A DNA stretch of 64,000 nucleotides from Chlorokybus atmophyticus (taxonomy: Eukaryota > Plantae > Mesostigma and Chlorokybus algae). The DNA lies in NCBI GenBank assembly GCA_009103225.1, contig RHPI01002438.1, forward strand, positions 750,755-814,754. The letters run 5' to 3'. The number at the start of each line of letters is the position of its first letter. Position 1 is the stretch's first letter. Position numbers and translations under genes: made by a program. Below are positions 24,157 to 39,800 of this stretch, in pieces. A model generated the notes under the pieces. That model saw only the letters and a program-made list of their open reading frames with translations, was not told where the DNA came from and made no database searches.

Positions 24157-24855
24157 GTGACAGCATGTGCATTTTTGGCATGAAGAGCGCTTGCTGGCTA
24201 CTGGTAGGTCAGTAAATAACGTGATGCAAAATCTGATGATGGATGGATGCGATGTTGAGTTGTGCCTTTAGGTATGGTTGCAGCTTTGACAGCAAACATT
24301 TGTGTGTCAATAGAGGTTGCACATTGTGAACAAGCAGGGTTTGGAACTGTCCATATGACTATGGTACTAGTCAATGATAGTGGTTGCTGCCTTATGCTGT
24401 TGGCGCTGGCGTTGGCAGCACAATTGCAGACGAGAAATAGTGTTCTGTTTCATGACAGCAGTAAACCAAGCAACGTGGACATGCTACGACAGAGCAGTTA
24501 CAACACTCTCAACGTGGCCCTGCATGCAGTACAGAGCTGCAGCAATCGTTGTGGTTGGGCGCATATGCTGCATGCGCTTAACAAGACAGCACACGGTGGT
24601 GAATGCTCACAAACTACACAGACACATATGATGCTTGACACCTGGCACAGGTGTTGGAGCCAAGCAACACCGATGAGAAGCATAGTCGGCATGTGTATTA
24701 TTGAAAAACCAGCATCATTGTTGCATAACTACTAACAATCTAAGCTACATAGACCTGCCTGTCTGCACAAATGTATAAATGTACTACCTCTATTGTTACA
24801 GCTAGCACGCAGCGTACAGGACTACTTTTTCTACAAGAATTGTGCACCATCTTCA

Positions 24856-27800
24856 TCACGCCACCACTTCAAGCAGCATGGCAACGCCGGCCAGGACCCA
24901 CTTGACCTGGCCAAGTTTGGTGCGAAGCTGCGCGGTGAAGACGTATCCGGGACCACCGCGCTTCTGAGTTTTGTAGACGGGGCACAGGTACGTGTCGCGC
25001 TGCTCGGCCTTGTCAAGGGGGACGGCCTTGACGAGGATGACGGGCATGGGGTTGAATAGCTCCTTGGGTCGGGAGTCCACGAGCAAGCCGGCCTTCTCGT
25101 CCCACCCGCAGCCCTCCAGCACGAGCCCGTGCACGAATGCGCCCTCGCGGCTCGGGGCTGTCACGCCATCCAGGTGCTTCTTTGTGACCTCCGTGACCAG
25201 CACCGTGCGGTCCAGAGGCCAGTCGTTGCGCCGTGCCGTCGTCTGCATGACTGCCGTCAAGAAAGACTGCGGGTTGAACAGCCCCGACAGCCACGTTGCG
25301 CGAGGCGGGGCCGTGTAGTCCCCGCCGGCGGCCCACTCTGCAATCTGCCTGTTGCGCTCCAACAGGTTTATTATCCATGAGCCAAGCGGCCTCAACGAGG
25401 GGTACGCTACCGCCTCCCACGAGGCCGGCACTCTGTCCTCGGCCAAAGCCTGCACGAGGCCCTCCATCGCATCCGACATGGTCAGGTCTCCTTTCAGCCC
25501 AAGGTCCAGCTCCAGCAGAGACCTTCTGATCTCATAAACGAGGTGGTTCATCCTCTCAGCCTCCTGCAAGAACACCACTGCGAAGGGGGACCTCTGCTCC
25601 GCGACCACCTCATTGGCGCCCGCCGAAGGTGCACCCGCAGCGGCTCCCGAGGCCGCGACTTGGCTCTGGCTCCCGCCCTCAGCACCCGTCGCGCTGGACG
25701 CAGCGGCAGCCAACTCTTCAAGTGCAAAAGGCTCAGGGAGCTTTTCGATAACATCATCTAGAACAGTCTTTGCGCGGTCCTGGAGAGACTGCACACCCGC
25801 GCCTCCAGCACCTCCTCCCGCCTGTTGAAGAGTGATAACGGACCGGAAGAGGCTTTCTGTCTGCGCGAGGCGGAAGCCAATCTCCGCATTGGAATGCAGC
25901 CCAAACATTACAGGGCTCTCTCCGGGCATCGCCTCGAGGATGTACACCGTGTTCTGAGCGTGCGTGTTGGTTCCGGGCGGAGTATGGAACCGCGGGAACA
26001 AGTCGCACCCTTCCAGCAGCTCCTCCCTCATGTAGGACATGAGATACGCCGACACTGTGCGTCGATCCCAATCATCCGTCACGTGCCCACCATACATGAT
26101 CTCGCCAAAGATGAAGCGAAGGTCATCCCATGGCACCTTGCTGCCCACGACAGCTGTCTCAAGATAGTTAGCAGCGCACTGAGCACAGTTGAGAAGGTCG
26201 CCCGTGTTGAAGGGGTAGCTGTTGTTCCATCCCTGAGGGCCAAACTTCTTGCGCTCCAGCACCACGCCGTGGAACAGGCTCAGTGCAAACACTATTGCCT
26301 TGAACTTAGGGGCCCTTGCTGTGCACGCATCAAAGAAGTCATCGGAAAAGTTGTTGTATGCGCGCGCCAGGTTTGGCTGCACGCCCTCCGGCGGCTCATT
26401 GGTCACCTTCGCCGAGGCTTGCAACACGCCAATCGGGATCGCCTGTGTTGGCTCTGCAGACAAAAACAGCTTGAAGGAAGTTTTCTCTTCTGCTGTTGAT
26501 GACTGGTCTTCGGCTGCTGCTGCATCCTTCTCATCACTGGAAGGAGCATCCCCGGCAGCAGTCTTTTCCACATGCGCAGAGAGACTATCGATGACACGCT
26601 GCAGGGGCCCAGCAGTCCACGAGGGCGTGAGGTGGATGTTCTGGAGCAGCACCCACGAGCCTTCACTGCGGGCACGTTCAAGCGCACGCATAGCAGGGTC
26701 CTCTTGTCCCTGACCGAGCGACACGACCGCCAGCTGGACGCCCTTCTTGACGGCAACGCGCTCCACGGACGCCGCGGCATCCACGCCAGGAGACAAGAAG
26801 ATAAAGATTGGGGCCCCTGATGGCGCATCGGCCAGAGCGCGGTCCAAATCAAGGGGCAGAGACCGCGCGTACCTCTCGCCCAATGTACGCCCGACAAAGT
26901 TGGCCACGGCACTCGTGGCGCGGTCGGGCCGCAGGGCGCGGATGACAAGGAGCTGTCCAAGATCAGGCAGGCGCTTCCAGTCACCCGGCAGAGGCTCGTC
27001 TTCGGGGCGTTCAAGATCGCACCAGTCACGCCAGCGCTTGGCAGAGCCGATGATGTCGTCGGGGAGGCCGCGGAACTCCTCAATGTCCTTGAGGGCCTGC
27101 ACGCTTCCCCACATCGGGCCCGAGATCCACTCTGGCATTGGGTTGACCTGGCCCACGGCGCGAGGGCCTTGGAGGAGGTACTCAAACATGCCTTCGTGCA
27201 ACTCGCCGCGCTGGCGAAGCAGTCCCACAGATAGCTGTGCTGCGAAGATGAGCTTATGGCGCTCAAACAGCCCTGCGGCTATATGGCGAAAGATTGCGAA
27301 GCACGAGGCGTCGATCAGCGTGGACACGCGCTGCTCTATGGCCTTTGAGCTGGCTGGTGAGGTTGCTTCATTGTTGGAAGAGACAGGCCTCGGCGGGCCC
27401 ACCTCATCCATGCCTCTGCTCATGACATTGACAAAGGCAGCCATAGAGTAGCGGTAGGCATGGTCAAGGACATGGAGGCGGTCGACAAGGAAGAAGAGGA
27501 GGGCGCCTCGAGCTGCGACAGGGCGGTAAACCTCGCGGGCTTCAGCAATGCCAGCTTCAGTCTCACGCGCAAGCGCTACGCGAGTCTCAACATCACTGGC
27601 AGCACGCTTCGTCTCCTCCAAGTTCTCTACCAACGCAGTGTCTTCCAAAATGTCACCCTGCGCGTTGGAGAGACGCGCAAGCAGCGCATCCTCCAGCTCC
27701 TTGAGAGCAATCTTGAACTCATTCAGCTGTCGCACAAGTCCCTGCAGCTGCTCTTCGAGATCAGGACGCTCCTTATTGACGACGAGTGCCAACAGTTGCT

Positions 27801-30800
27801 CCTCCAATCCACGCTCAGTCACCGAGAAGTTGACGAGCGTCGTCTGTGCCGACACCTCAGGCCCGTAGTGAGGGTTGGAAAGCTTCGTGTGCAGATAAAG
27901 CCGGAAGTTGGGGTCATATTCAATCTCCTTATCACCGAGGCGTATGTAGAGGGTGCGTCCACGCCTCAGTACGCTACGCGAGAGCACAGGCTCAAGTGCT
28001 GCGTCCACTGTCTCCCCAAGGTTTTCTATCAGGAGCGGGACACCGTTAGTAATGCAGTGCTCCACCTCACGCAAGTAATTGTGCTGGTGCGATTGCTGAT
28101 TGCTTGATATTTGCACTACACGCAGCCCGTTGCGCTGCTCCCTGGCCTTCACCCACCGCACGCCCTGCAACTGAGGGTCGATCATAAGTGGCCAGCGTAC
28201 GCATGATGTCATGATGGCGCCATTCTCCGCCGACACTGCATCCGCAGGCAGGCCCTCATTCACCCAGCGAGCAACTTCTGCTGGCTCCGCTAGCATGCCA
28301 ACTATCGGGGATGCTGTTGACACTGTTGCAGTTGACGATGTTGACGCGGGGATGCCCCGCTCCTCAAGGTCAGGTGCCCAGCGCTCGTACACGAGCTGAT
28401 GGCGGAAGGCGGCGTTGAAGGGACCCGCATAGGCAACAAAGGCAGCGGCAACAAGAGCGTCTCCGTTTGTACGTTCCTCGGCTTCACCTAGTTGACCCAA
28501 GGATTCGCTCCAGCGCGCATTCTCACCAGCGAGACCGTTCACAAGGCGGTCTGCCAGGTCCGCTTTGCGCTGGGTACGCTCTGCGGCAGCAACAGCAGCA
28601 TTCTTGTCACTTGTTGCGCGCATCAGTGCCTCTTCCAGCTGCCGCACGCGTGCCTCGAGCTCAGCCACGCGTGAGCGCACGCCCTGCAGCCTTGCATTTG
28701 CGGCCTCCAGCTTGCGGTTGGCTTCCGCCAGCATAGCGCGCTTGGGGGCCACCACTTGGTAAATCCTAAAGTACTTGCATATGTTGACAACCCAACCGCA
28801 CAGTCCGGCGGCAGCCGCAGACTTGCTACGGATGAAGTCTGGGTTGAAGTTCGGGTTGCTTAGGTAGTCTGCCTCGCACTTCTCAATTAGGACGAGAGGC
28901 ACGGATTCCTTGTCGAAACGATCGCGCAGGAACGAGAGGAAGCCATCCACATTACCCATCATTTTCTTCGCAGCGTTCCAACTGAGGTCCTTGGGGACCT
29001 TGCCGCCAGGTGCAGTGAGGACAAGGCAGGCAGCGCCAACTTGAACAACCTCAGCAGCGGGACTGCCAAACGACTTGAGCTCTCCAAGGGCCTTCTTGTC
29101 AAGAGAGTCGAGGGCAGCTTCGGCCTCGCGGATGATGGGTTCAGCCTCAGCGAGGTCGCGCTCGCACTCGGCCTGGCTGGCAGCAACCTCCGCGGCAATG
29201 CGTGCGCACTCCTCCTCGTCACCTGCGGCGCCGGCTTTCTGCTCGTCCACGACTGCCTTCTCCTGCCCGATGCTCACAATAAGGGCGTCTGTGGCGGCGC
29301 GCTTCTCTGCCACTATTGCCTGCTCCTGTCGCAGTGCCACTTGCAAGTCTGCCACCTGTGCAGAGGCCTGGGCCACCTTCAACAAGCCACCCTCAAGTCG
29401 CTCCTTTTGCGCGTGCAGGTCAGTCCTGCGGCGTGTCAACATTCGCGCATGCAGGCCGATGAGGTCCAGGAAGGACTTTGGTGTCACGTACACATGCCGC
29501 CTCTCTGTCTCCCAGAAGCGAGCCGCGGCCTCTGCGGCTGCCGCGTGCACGAATGCCATGTGGTGAGCCGCATTGTCGTTGTGCCCGTCTAAGTGGTCTC
29601 GCGGCGTCGAGTTGGGGTTCGTGGCACGTGTGGCCGCGTTGGGATTGGTGCTCTCCGATGCGGTCAGGAACCTTGCGGCCACTGATACCAGTGCCTCATG
29701 TGGCCATGGGTGGAACCAATCGATGGTCGTGCAGGCCAAGAGCGCCGGGAACTGTCGGGCGCGGATGCGGAAGCGGTCTCCGGCAGGTGAGAAGCACAGT
29801 ATGACATGGAGGTTGCGACGCACCCTGTCCACAAAGAAGTCCCAACAGTTGTCTCGTGTTTCAATGACCCCGGCAAGCTTGGCTGCCCCGCGGACAGCTG
29901 TGCACACGCTGTCGCGCTCATCTGCCCCGGGGAAAAGGTCCAACACATTGCCCGATGAGAGGAGATCGGAGAGGTGAACAAGTAGCTGCTCATCCGCCGC
30001 GCCAGCATCACCTACAAGGAGTACCACGGGGGTGCCCTTCACGCCAGCCAGCTGGCAGAGAGCTGCAAGCTCGGCGCGTAGGGCCTCATGGTTATTGCTG
30101 CCCATGCTGGCCAGCTGCGTGACGGCGCCGTAGCCGCACACATGCGTGGCGAGGCGGGCTAGGGACTGCTTGCCAGAACCGCCAACACCTACGAGAGTAG
30201 CGCTGCCGCGAGCAACGCCAATGGCACGGGCGATGCGTGCAACGTGCTCTACGGCTGCATCAAAGAGCACCAGATCCATTGCCGCCACGCGTCCGCCTTC
30301 ATTGTACTCCGCCAACCGTTCTTCCAGCACACGCTTGAGCTTCATGTGGTCGTCGACAGGCAGGTAGTGCTGCGCGTCCTCATCACCGGAAGCAGAGGGG
30401 TTGGCGAAGGCCGTGTACAGCACCGGCCTGGCCTCCATGGCGTCATGATCAAGGTCCTCAAAATGCTTCTTGCGGACCTGATCCAGGACGTCCCCGAAGC
30501 GCATGCTGTCGATCTCGTTAACCATCCGGTCGCCAAACACCCGCTCGCACTCATGCAGCCAGAGGCGTGCGAATCGGATGGGGTTGGAATAGAACTCGCG
30601 CTGTGCACGGCAGACGCCCTGCGCCACTGCGCTCAGCTCACGCAGGTTGAATACGTAATGGAACTTTGTGGCTGTCGGCAGGAACGTGTTGCCCACATGG
30701 GCATGCAGCTCGATTGTTGCTGCTGCAACCTTTGGACCCAACCGCGCTACCTCTGGCTCAAAACCTGTGACGTGGCCTGCAACAGAAGATTTGTTGATTA

Positions 30801-33800
30801 CATTACGGGCATGAAGGCAAGCACATGAGTACACACTGCAAGCAGCGAGTGCCATTGCTAAGTGGTACAGCCAGCGGTTGTTTGAATGATGCCTTCAGCT
30901 GGTAACATTCATGCAAGTATATGATCATGTTGATGTGTTGGCACGCATGGTATTTCACACTTGTGCACGACTACACTATTAGATTAAGCTTAAATATGGG
31001 CATAGGCACAGCATGTACACTCCTCAGAGTACTTGAATGCGTAATAGAAGTCGCTGTCGCATGTTACACAAACTTGCAACGTTGACACCACTCGCAGTTG
31101 TTGCACGACAAGGAGATAACAATGCTTGAAGCAACAATCGTGCATGCACGCACCAGCAAGGATGACAGTGTAGATGTGCAGCAGCTGGTCCTGGGACGGC
31201 ATCTGCACTGCAAATGTGGCGAATTGCCGCTGCGCACGAGGATTGATCGAGAAGGATCCTGCCGCAGGGTTCAAGCACGCCACCAGTTGGCAGGCCATGA
31301 CCTCCTTCATCATGACTTTGGCTCGGTCATACCAACCGCCGTAGTCCGCAAACTGCCGCAGCAGCTCTACTGGCGCTTGCGTGTCGTACTTGTCCACGGC
31401 AGGCATGTTGAGGTCGTCAACAAACCAGATGAGCCTGCGGGCACCTGGGGGCCCATAGCGCGAGCCGGATTTGCGTTCGAGTGGGGCTTCAAGTGCGGCC
31501 TGCAGCCCCGCTGAGGTGGTGAGGGAGTTGAGGCCTGCATTGGCGACAGCGACAGCCTCGGGGTCGAGGGCGCGAAGCCTCTCTCGCACAATGGAAGTCT
31601 TCCCTGTGCCGGCCCCGCCCACAAGCATCACAGAGGAGCGGATGCCCACGAGTGCGTCTAGCAGGAAAGACAACCTTGTCGTGTCAATGGTGGGTACGAA
31701 GAAAGCATGTGACATCGCGTTTGCCGCGTCGTGCTCCGCAACGTATTGGAAACTGGGTACGCGGTCTCCCCAGTGCGCCATGGCAGGATCAGTGCCGGGG
31801 CTCGTCTCAACATAGTAGTCAAACACTGTACCGGCTGCAGGGATGGCCACATGCTTTGCCCACTCTTGCCTCCACCAGTTGGAGAACTCCAAACGGCAAT
31901 CGCGCGTCTTGTCACATAGCAGTGCACCCCCAAGACCCCAGACACACGCAAACACAAAGTAATGTTCGTATACACGGCGTGTGTCCTGCGCCTTGTTGGT
32001 GTTGTTGCTGTTGCTATTGCTGTTGCTGTTGCTAGCAGCTGCATTGGCCGCGTGGTACTGCGCCAGCAGCGTCTCAAGGATGTGACAGACAGTGCCCACT
32101 TGGTTGACAGCGGGCAGAGGCACAACAGTGCGGTGATTCTTCCGGACTTGATTGAGGCACTTCTCCATGTATCGGGAGAACAGCTCCGCCAGGATGGCGC
32201 GCTCAGCCCGGTCCTCACGTGACTCAATCCATGTCTCAACGAGGGGCTCCCAGCCCACATCGTCCTCGTTGAGGTACACCACTCCACCACGCGAGACAGT
32301 GGCGGGTGAGGCGTGGCGCATCGTGTGCACTTCAAAGAGCAGACGCATGCCTGGGGCCAGGGGGATGCGCTCATTAGATGCTAAGGTCAGCATCTTGTTG
32401 TCGTCCATAACCGTGTTCATGCTTTCCACCCACTCGGCGTCAAGGTCACCATCAAAGAGGATCCACTGGTGTGGGCGTGTGGCAGGCGTGGACGAGGCTG
32501 CAACCCCGGCCATGTCACGGAAGGTCACAGATATCAGCCCCTCGCGCCACTCACGCGTCTGCGGGTGCAGATAGCCGTAGAGCTCGTTGCGGGTAACTGA
32601 TTTCGGGTTGATGGGTCTCACAACAGTCTTCTCGCCCTTGCGTGACTGTGCACGAGCAAGTGTCTTCCACACGCTGCTCTTACCGCAGCCCGCAGGGCCC
32701 AGCAGGAACACTGACCAGCGCACGCCGAGGGCTTCGCGCAACTGGTGAACCTTATGCATGAAGCGAGGTTCGGCGCGCAGATTGAGACCGGTACAAGCCT
32801 CTTGAACGTGCGTGTCAAAGTCAGCGTCGCTGTCATCACGATCAGTACCGGCACTGCTGGTACGGCCCATGCGCGGGAAAAGATCATTTAGGAGCCCCGC
32901 AAAGATGGCAGCATCCGCAGCAACAAGCTTCCCTGCATTGGAGTCCCGCAATGCGCGCAATAGTAGCTTATCCTCAGGTGCATCCTGAGGCGCCGCGCGT
33001 TTGACGGCACCCGCGACACCCAATGTAGCCTTCAGCGCACGGAGCTTCCAGTCATAGTGCGCTTGCTTGGACAGCAGGTCCTGGCAGAGGGTGTACAGTA
33101 TAACGGCCTTGCGTGCAAGGGTCTTTGACTGCACGAAGCCCTCGCCCAGCAGCATGATCTCAGCAATAAGGCTTAGGTCCGGTGCGGCCATGGCAACAGG
33201 GCGGAAGAGCGCCTTGAGTGACTCGGGTAGCTCTGTGCGCCCCCCATAGCTCCCTGAGGGATTCATGGTGATGAAGGCGCAGACAGTGCGTTTGAGGACG
33301 ATCTCATCTCCATCGACAAATACAAAGCGCTCCTTGCGTGCCCGCAGAGCGTCAAGCACGCACTTGTACTGTGTGGAGCAGACGGAGAGGACCTCCACAG
33401 GGATACGGTTGAACTCATCAAAGCAGCCCCACGCACCCGTCTGCGCCAGACCCTTGTAGATGCCGCCCATCGTGCGGTAATCCATCTGATCGCTACAGTT
33501 AAAGACGTACACCATCACGCCCAGTGCGCGCCCGAGATCCTTGACGGTTTCGGTCTTGCCTGTGCCGGCAGGGCCGGCAGGGGCTCCCCCCAGTATCAAC
33601 CTCTGCGCCTGTGTGAGGGTGATGTAACACCTGTCTGTCAACGGTGTCAAGACAAGGCAGCCTGCGTTACCAGCGTACTCGTACTGGTACGGGAAATCAA
33701 AGTCACAGATGCTGCCGCGGCAGTGCTTTGTTGGGTCATGAGTGCCATCGCTGTTGCTGCCTTCAGCGGCGAGAGTGTAGCGCAGCTGGCTTTGCCACTG

Positions 33801-36800
33801 GAAGGCAGAGGAACTCTCGACCTTGTCATCAATGAGCTTGGCCACGACATCGCGGGCATGCGTGTCCACAGTACAGAGGGTGATGACCTTGCGCCGCTCC
33901 CCTGATGTCAACGATCCCTGCGTTGTGAGGCGCACCAGCTCATCGAGCTGCTCCTGGCACTTGCGGTTGTACTCCTTCAAGGCGGCAGGGTCCCCTCCAG
34001 CATCCTCGACAGCATCAAAGCACGATCCCACCTCTTGCGCATATACGATGCGCGTGACCACAACTGCCATCTGCGCACTCTGCTGCTCCAACAGCCATTT
34101 CTCGCGCGGCCGCTCATCATACGTGTTCATGCCATCAATTACATGGCGGCGGAGCGCCTCCTTTGTGTGTTCTAGCAAGCCCGCCAGCCACGCTTCTACT
34201 GGGCCCTCACATGTGAAGGGCGCATGCCAGGACACATATTCACCCTCACCGGACTCCATGCCAACAGCCACGTTGATGTTAACAGCCGGCTTGCTGTTGT
34301 CATCGGTGGTGGTGTCGGTTGTGAACCGAAGGTTGTGCATGTTGTCAAAGCACTTGGAAAGGTGCTTGAGCACGGCACGCGGGTTGCTGGCGCCCTTGCT
34401 GAGGATGTCAAGGAGATCGCCCGGAGAGATGAAGTAGAAACGAGGAAAAGCAAGGCGTTTGGTCTCGAGGTAATCTGCGAGGGCCTTCTCGCAGAGCTGC
34501 AGGTCTGTAAGCATCTTCTCCAGGCGCTCCTGCCTGCCCTCAACGTTGCACGCCTCCACCACATTTGGAGTGTCCACAGCGGTGCGCATGAGGTCACGCC
34601 AGTCAGTGTCCGTTGCATCAAAGCGTTTGGCATCCTCGGGTAGTCGCGCCCTAATATCACTGTCGCCACTGCCACCCCCAACAAAGATCGCCTCCAGCGC
34701 CGTCCATTTCTTCTGCACCTGAAGCCAGACTGCGAGCCCCGCATCCACGCCTCCGAGGCGCCGCTGCCAACGCGTGACCTCCTCCAAGAACTTGGGGTTG
34801 CCTTGCACGTACTTGCCCGCGCTCATCGTTTGGAGCTGCAGCTGGTCGCTCTCGAGCGCCTCAACTACTGCATCGGATGCAGAAACAGTCATAATTGCAT
34901 TGCTGTCTGTGCTTGACGCGGCGAAGTCCAACGCCAGGCTGGACCATGTCTCATCAATGCGCTTGAGGAGACGCTCAATCGTCAGCTCCTTCTGAGCGCG
35001 GTCCACAATCTCTGATACCGCGTCCACGTACTCGTGCAGCTTCAGATCCAGCAGGTTTCCCAGGTTGAACTTGTCATCCATGACAAAGTGGATGCCTGCG
35101 CACCAAAGATGGCATCAGCTATGTATGGAAACTAAAAGCACACAAGTCTTCATGTACGTGTCCTATGCAACAAAACTTGACTCAACATACCGCATGCAAT
35201 GGCGTTGGGAACTGTTGTTATACATGCAAACAGAATACACTGTATAGCAACACTATGCGCATGGGTGTCTCTCACTCAAGAGGTTGACAAACGCACTGAC
35301 AACAAAGACAACATAAGTCATAGCTTACCAGTGGCTCGCATGAGCTGCTTCCAATGGCGTTCGCGCATGGAGGGGTGGTGAAGGTCACCAACAAGGGGCA
35401 GGGCGACAAGGATGGCCTTAACAGCATCCTCGAGGAGGCGATATGCGTCCCAGGAGCGCACAGCCTTGTTGAGGCTCTTGACATCCTTTGCAAGAGTGCG
35501 AGCCTTTTCGGTGAGGGCGGCGACATCAATCGCCTCCCACAGGATACTACGCCACTCTGCGAAGGCGTCCATAACCTTTGCGACAGCGTCCCAGAGCTCG
35601 CTCAGCAGCGCCAGCTCTTCCTCGCATTTGGCCAGCTCGCGGTAGTCCACTATCACCGCCTCAAAGAGCTCCTGGCGCTCGTTCAGCTCCGCTGCTTCTT
35701 TCATTACGCCTGCCACGTTGCCCACGCCCAGCCGGCTGCTGCTGCTGCCATTGTTTCCACGGAAGGCTTCAAGGACTTCACGTGCTTGGACCACGTGCTC
35801 AGGCGTGAGCGCGCCATTGCTGTTTGTAACAGTGGTAACGATTCCTCCCACACCTACGGCCTCGGGAATGCCAAATGGCGCCTTCTTCTTGAACACAGCG
35901 CGGAAGTCATCGACCTTGGTCTTGAACCCTTCGGAGGCTTCTCGGATGGCAGCGGCTTCCTCCTGCTGACGGGATGAGAGCTTCTCGCGCACTTGAAACA
36001 TCTTCTTCTTAAGCGCCTGCCACGTGATGGGGGCCTCATCTAGGCGCTTGAGGGTCTGCTCTCCAAGTGTGATGCCATACTTGCGCAGCAACGCCACTGT
36101 TGCGCGCAGTGGATCAAACATCGCCTCGGTAGGCTCCGACCGAATCCGCACGCCCCGCATGCAACCCATTGCTGTATAGAGATCCGCCGCATCTCCTTCA
36201 CGCACCTCCACATCCAGCTGCCACGCCAAAGAATATATACGACGTGTCATGCTTTGATGCGGGAATGCATGTAGCAGGAGTACGTTCATGCGGTGAATGC
36301 CTAAGTGTGCCATCCTACAATGACACTGTTGAGACAACAGACATTCACAACAAACGTACATGTGAGCATGCAAGCACTGTGAAAGGGCATGTACAAACAA
36401 TGTGCATGTGCAGCGCCGTGCTGTTTATGCCATTGGGCTGCATGCATTCGCTAGAGAACCTGCACTGCAATATTGTTTTGCAGTACGCTTTTTGTGCCCT
36501 ACTTTATAGGTGCATTGAATTCCATCAGACAGTGCACAGCCACGTTGCTAGCATGCATGTGGTAAGTGGATGTGTTCACCATGCAATAGAAAAGTTGGTC
36601 TGCTCTCAACATGCGTTGGCTGAAACCATCTCATGCATCCACATGAGCACTTACTTGCTGGTTGGCTGAGGCCATGAAAGCATAGAGATCATCCATAGAG
36701 ACGACGATCTTGTTGGAGAGGTGATGTGTAAATAGGAAAACCCATTTGGTGACCCACGTGGAGAGCGCCTGCTTGATTGGTTTGGCATCCACGCGCAGCC

Positions 36801-39800
36801 ACCCTATAGTAGCTGAAGCCGGCAATGCTGTTATCTCCTCCTGCACAGCTTTAAACTTGGCAATCTGCGCATCAAATGCTTCCAGAGGGGGCTCTCCACC
36901 ATTGATATCACCACTGGAGGCAAGGAACTCGTTCAGCGTGGCTTGAAGGTCTCGCTTCCACAGGTACTCGAAGGCGAGGTAGGAGTCCTTGAACTCTGCG
37001 CAGCGCTTCTCGTTGTCAAGGACAACAGCATGGATGCGGTCAAACGCACCGCAGATCTCAGAGTCCTCCTCAAGCTCTTTGACATAGTTGCCGGTGTTTG
37101 TGCCCTCGCTGCTGCCATCCAGGCGGCGAGTGAGCGCACCGATGGCAATGAAACCCTTCAGCCACGCATTGACGAGGTCACGGATGCCGCCACCGCTTGC
37201 ACCCGACTCTCCGATATCAGGGTGCCAGAGGATTTCTGGCGCCACAAGCTCAAGCCGCACTTCCAGCAGAGGGCTGCCCTCGTTGCGGGTGATGGTGTCC
37301 GGATCAAGCTGCTCAAAGAGATATCGACTGCTGGCGAGGATGACGTCAACCAGCCCGCGTGCAACGATGCTATGCACGTACTCCGCAAACGCCTTCCAAG
37401 CAGGAGCTCCCTTTGAAACTTTGAGCGTCTTGTTGCAACCCGCAAGAAGCTTTGCAATCTCTGCCCCGCCTTCGGCTATCTCCGCCGAACGTGCGGCAGT
37501 CAAGGTGCGATGCACTTCTGTGAACTCTTCAGGAGCATATACTTTTCCTTCCTTGCGTTCAATCAAGGGTGACTGCTCCCACTTCTTCAGGATGCCACGT
37601 GTCTTCTTGACATTGCTCTTGATAGCGCCAAGTGCAGCAGCCAGCTCCTTCACCATAATCATGACATCCGTGATGTACTCCTCAATTTTGTGGCTGTTCC
37701 ATGACAAAGTCCGTAAACCCTTCATCAGCGCACCATCTGCGGCTTCCAGTTTGCGCTCTACTAGGGGCTTCTCCACAGGCAAGAGGGAGACCAGCACACC
37801 GTTGTATGTGTTGACAATCAGCTCCAAGTTGCCTGTCTGCTGCCTGAATGTCTCAGCGCGCTTGTACACACGCAGGGCTGACTCTGGGACCTCAATCCCA
37901 AGAAGGAGGAAGTACTTCACTTCGCGCAGCAGCCGCACGAGTGTGGAATCAAAATTCACTTTCACGAACGGGGAGGCCCCGCCATCACGGGTGGTAAGTT
38001 CAACTCCGGGTTGGAGGGCAAGAGAGGTGGTTGCTGCATCATCACGTCGCAGAAGCGGCTGCTTCAGCCTGTCTTCACTGGTGGCTTCGATCTCGCGCGC
38101 CCAGTCTTCCACTTGCAAGCGCTCGTACTCGGCAAGGGCGGCCATGGCCACGGCATACTGCTTTGCAACCTCCTTGGCCTCCTCAGTCTCCGTGGTACGG
38201 TTGTTGCTGGTGAGGGCCTTGAGCTTGCTCATGGGCTCCTCGATGCGAGCAGCAAGGCCACGCACCCAGCTGACAGCACCGCTGCGAGGCGCGTGGTTGC
38301 GTGCAAGAAAAGGTGCTTCCTTGCCCCGCGTAAATGTGTCATGCACATCTTTGAGGTCACCTGCATATGAGCGGAGGAGGTCTGCGTGCTTCCGTTCAAG
38401 GTCGCTCGTAATAATCTCGCGCTCCAGAAGGCCCTCAAACGAGTCTAGGAGCTTGAAGGTGGCAGATATGGTGGCACAGTCATCAAATGCTTGGGTGATA
38501 ACACTGCCGAGCCTGCGCTCAAGCTCCTTTATCACGCAGCGAAATTCGTAGAAGTCATCATCAAAACGCTTGTTCTCCACATCCATGATGTTGTAGGCAA
38601 CGGAACCGAACCGCTGCACAGCGCCAAGAAAGTCCGCGTAGATCTGCCGCACGGATGTTGTCAGGGTCTTGCCCTTCGTGCCACCAATCTCGATCTTCTC
38701 CAGCTTGCCAAACTGCACAACAGTCTGAGCAAGATCAAGAATGTCATGGCAACGCTCAAGGAAGGAGTCGAGGCGAGCAAAGAGAGCGCTGTTCTGGAAC
38801 CGCCAAGGGTTTTCCGGCGTCTCGACTGCAGTCTTTGCCTTGTAGTCAAAGTAGTGGCTCTTGAAGGTGCCACAGATCTTAAGTGTGGCCTTGAGCTTGT
38901 CAACGGCTTCGGCAGGCTCCCCGCGGAAGATATCGCTGCCACCATTGCCACCCCCTCCGCCCCCGCCGCTGTTGACGAACCGGCATGCGGCGGCGATCAA
39001 GTCGTTGCATATCTCGCGCATAAGAATCACCAGCCTGGCCGCCGTGTTGTAGTACTTGGAGTGCTTCCACACTAGCAGCAGCAAGTGCATGATGGGTTTG
39101 AACATCTCCGCCAGCTGCAGGAAGTCCGCGTCTGGCGAGTTCAGACGCTCGAAGTACTTGCGCAACGGCTTCAGGAACTGCAGGTCTGCAGACGGATGCA
39201 TGGATGTTTGTCACGAGCTGGACACAACGTGTACACTGCATGCCGTGCATGGCACCATGTTATGTGACTCACACACAATTCATGGGCGGGACCCGAACAC
39301 ATGCTTACTGTCATTGGCTTCAAGGCGACCGAGGGCAACTTCACGACAGAGGCGGTTAAAGGCAGGAAAATAGGTGGACTTGGCGAGCTCAAGGGCACGG
39401 ACTACCTTGCGAACCTTCTCACTTGAGAGCTGCTCGTGGATGGAGTTAAGGTTGGCGGCCTTTGCAGTCCAGAACTCCAGCTCGGCGAGGGGCCCTGGGT
39501 TTACACCATCCTCCTTCAGCACGGCTTCCGGGTCCGTCTTCAGCACGTTCTTGATCTGCCTCGTCCACGTCACAACCGCGCTTTCCAACACATGCACGCG
39601 ATCCTTGTCGCGCATGGCCGCCATGCGCTGCTGCTCCGCTGCATTGGCGCCATTGGCCTCCGCATTTGCACCATTGGCTGAGCCATTGCTGCTGGCAACA
39701 TTGCCGGCAGCGCTGCTGAGGGGTGGTAGCGGCAGCAGAGTCTTGCCCTTGGTCTGGCCGATGGTCACGTAGAGCCCAGCGACAAACTTGTGGAGGTTGT

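Noticed and set aside
37088-38551. 487-aa and other long ORFs antisense to the dynein exons
   Set aside because: Expected shadow ORFs of GC-rich coding sequence; no recognisable motifs.
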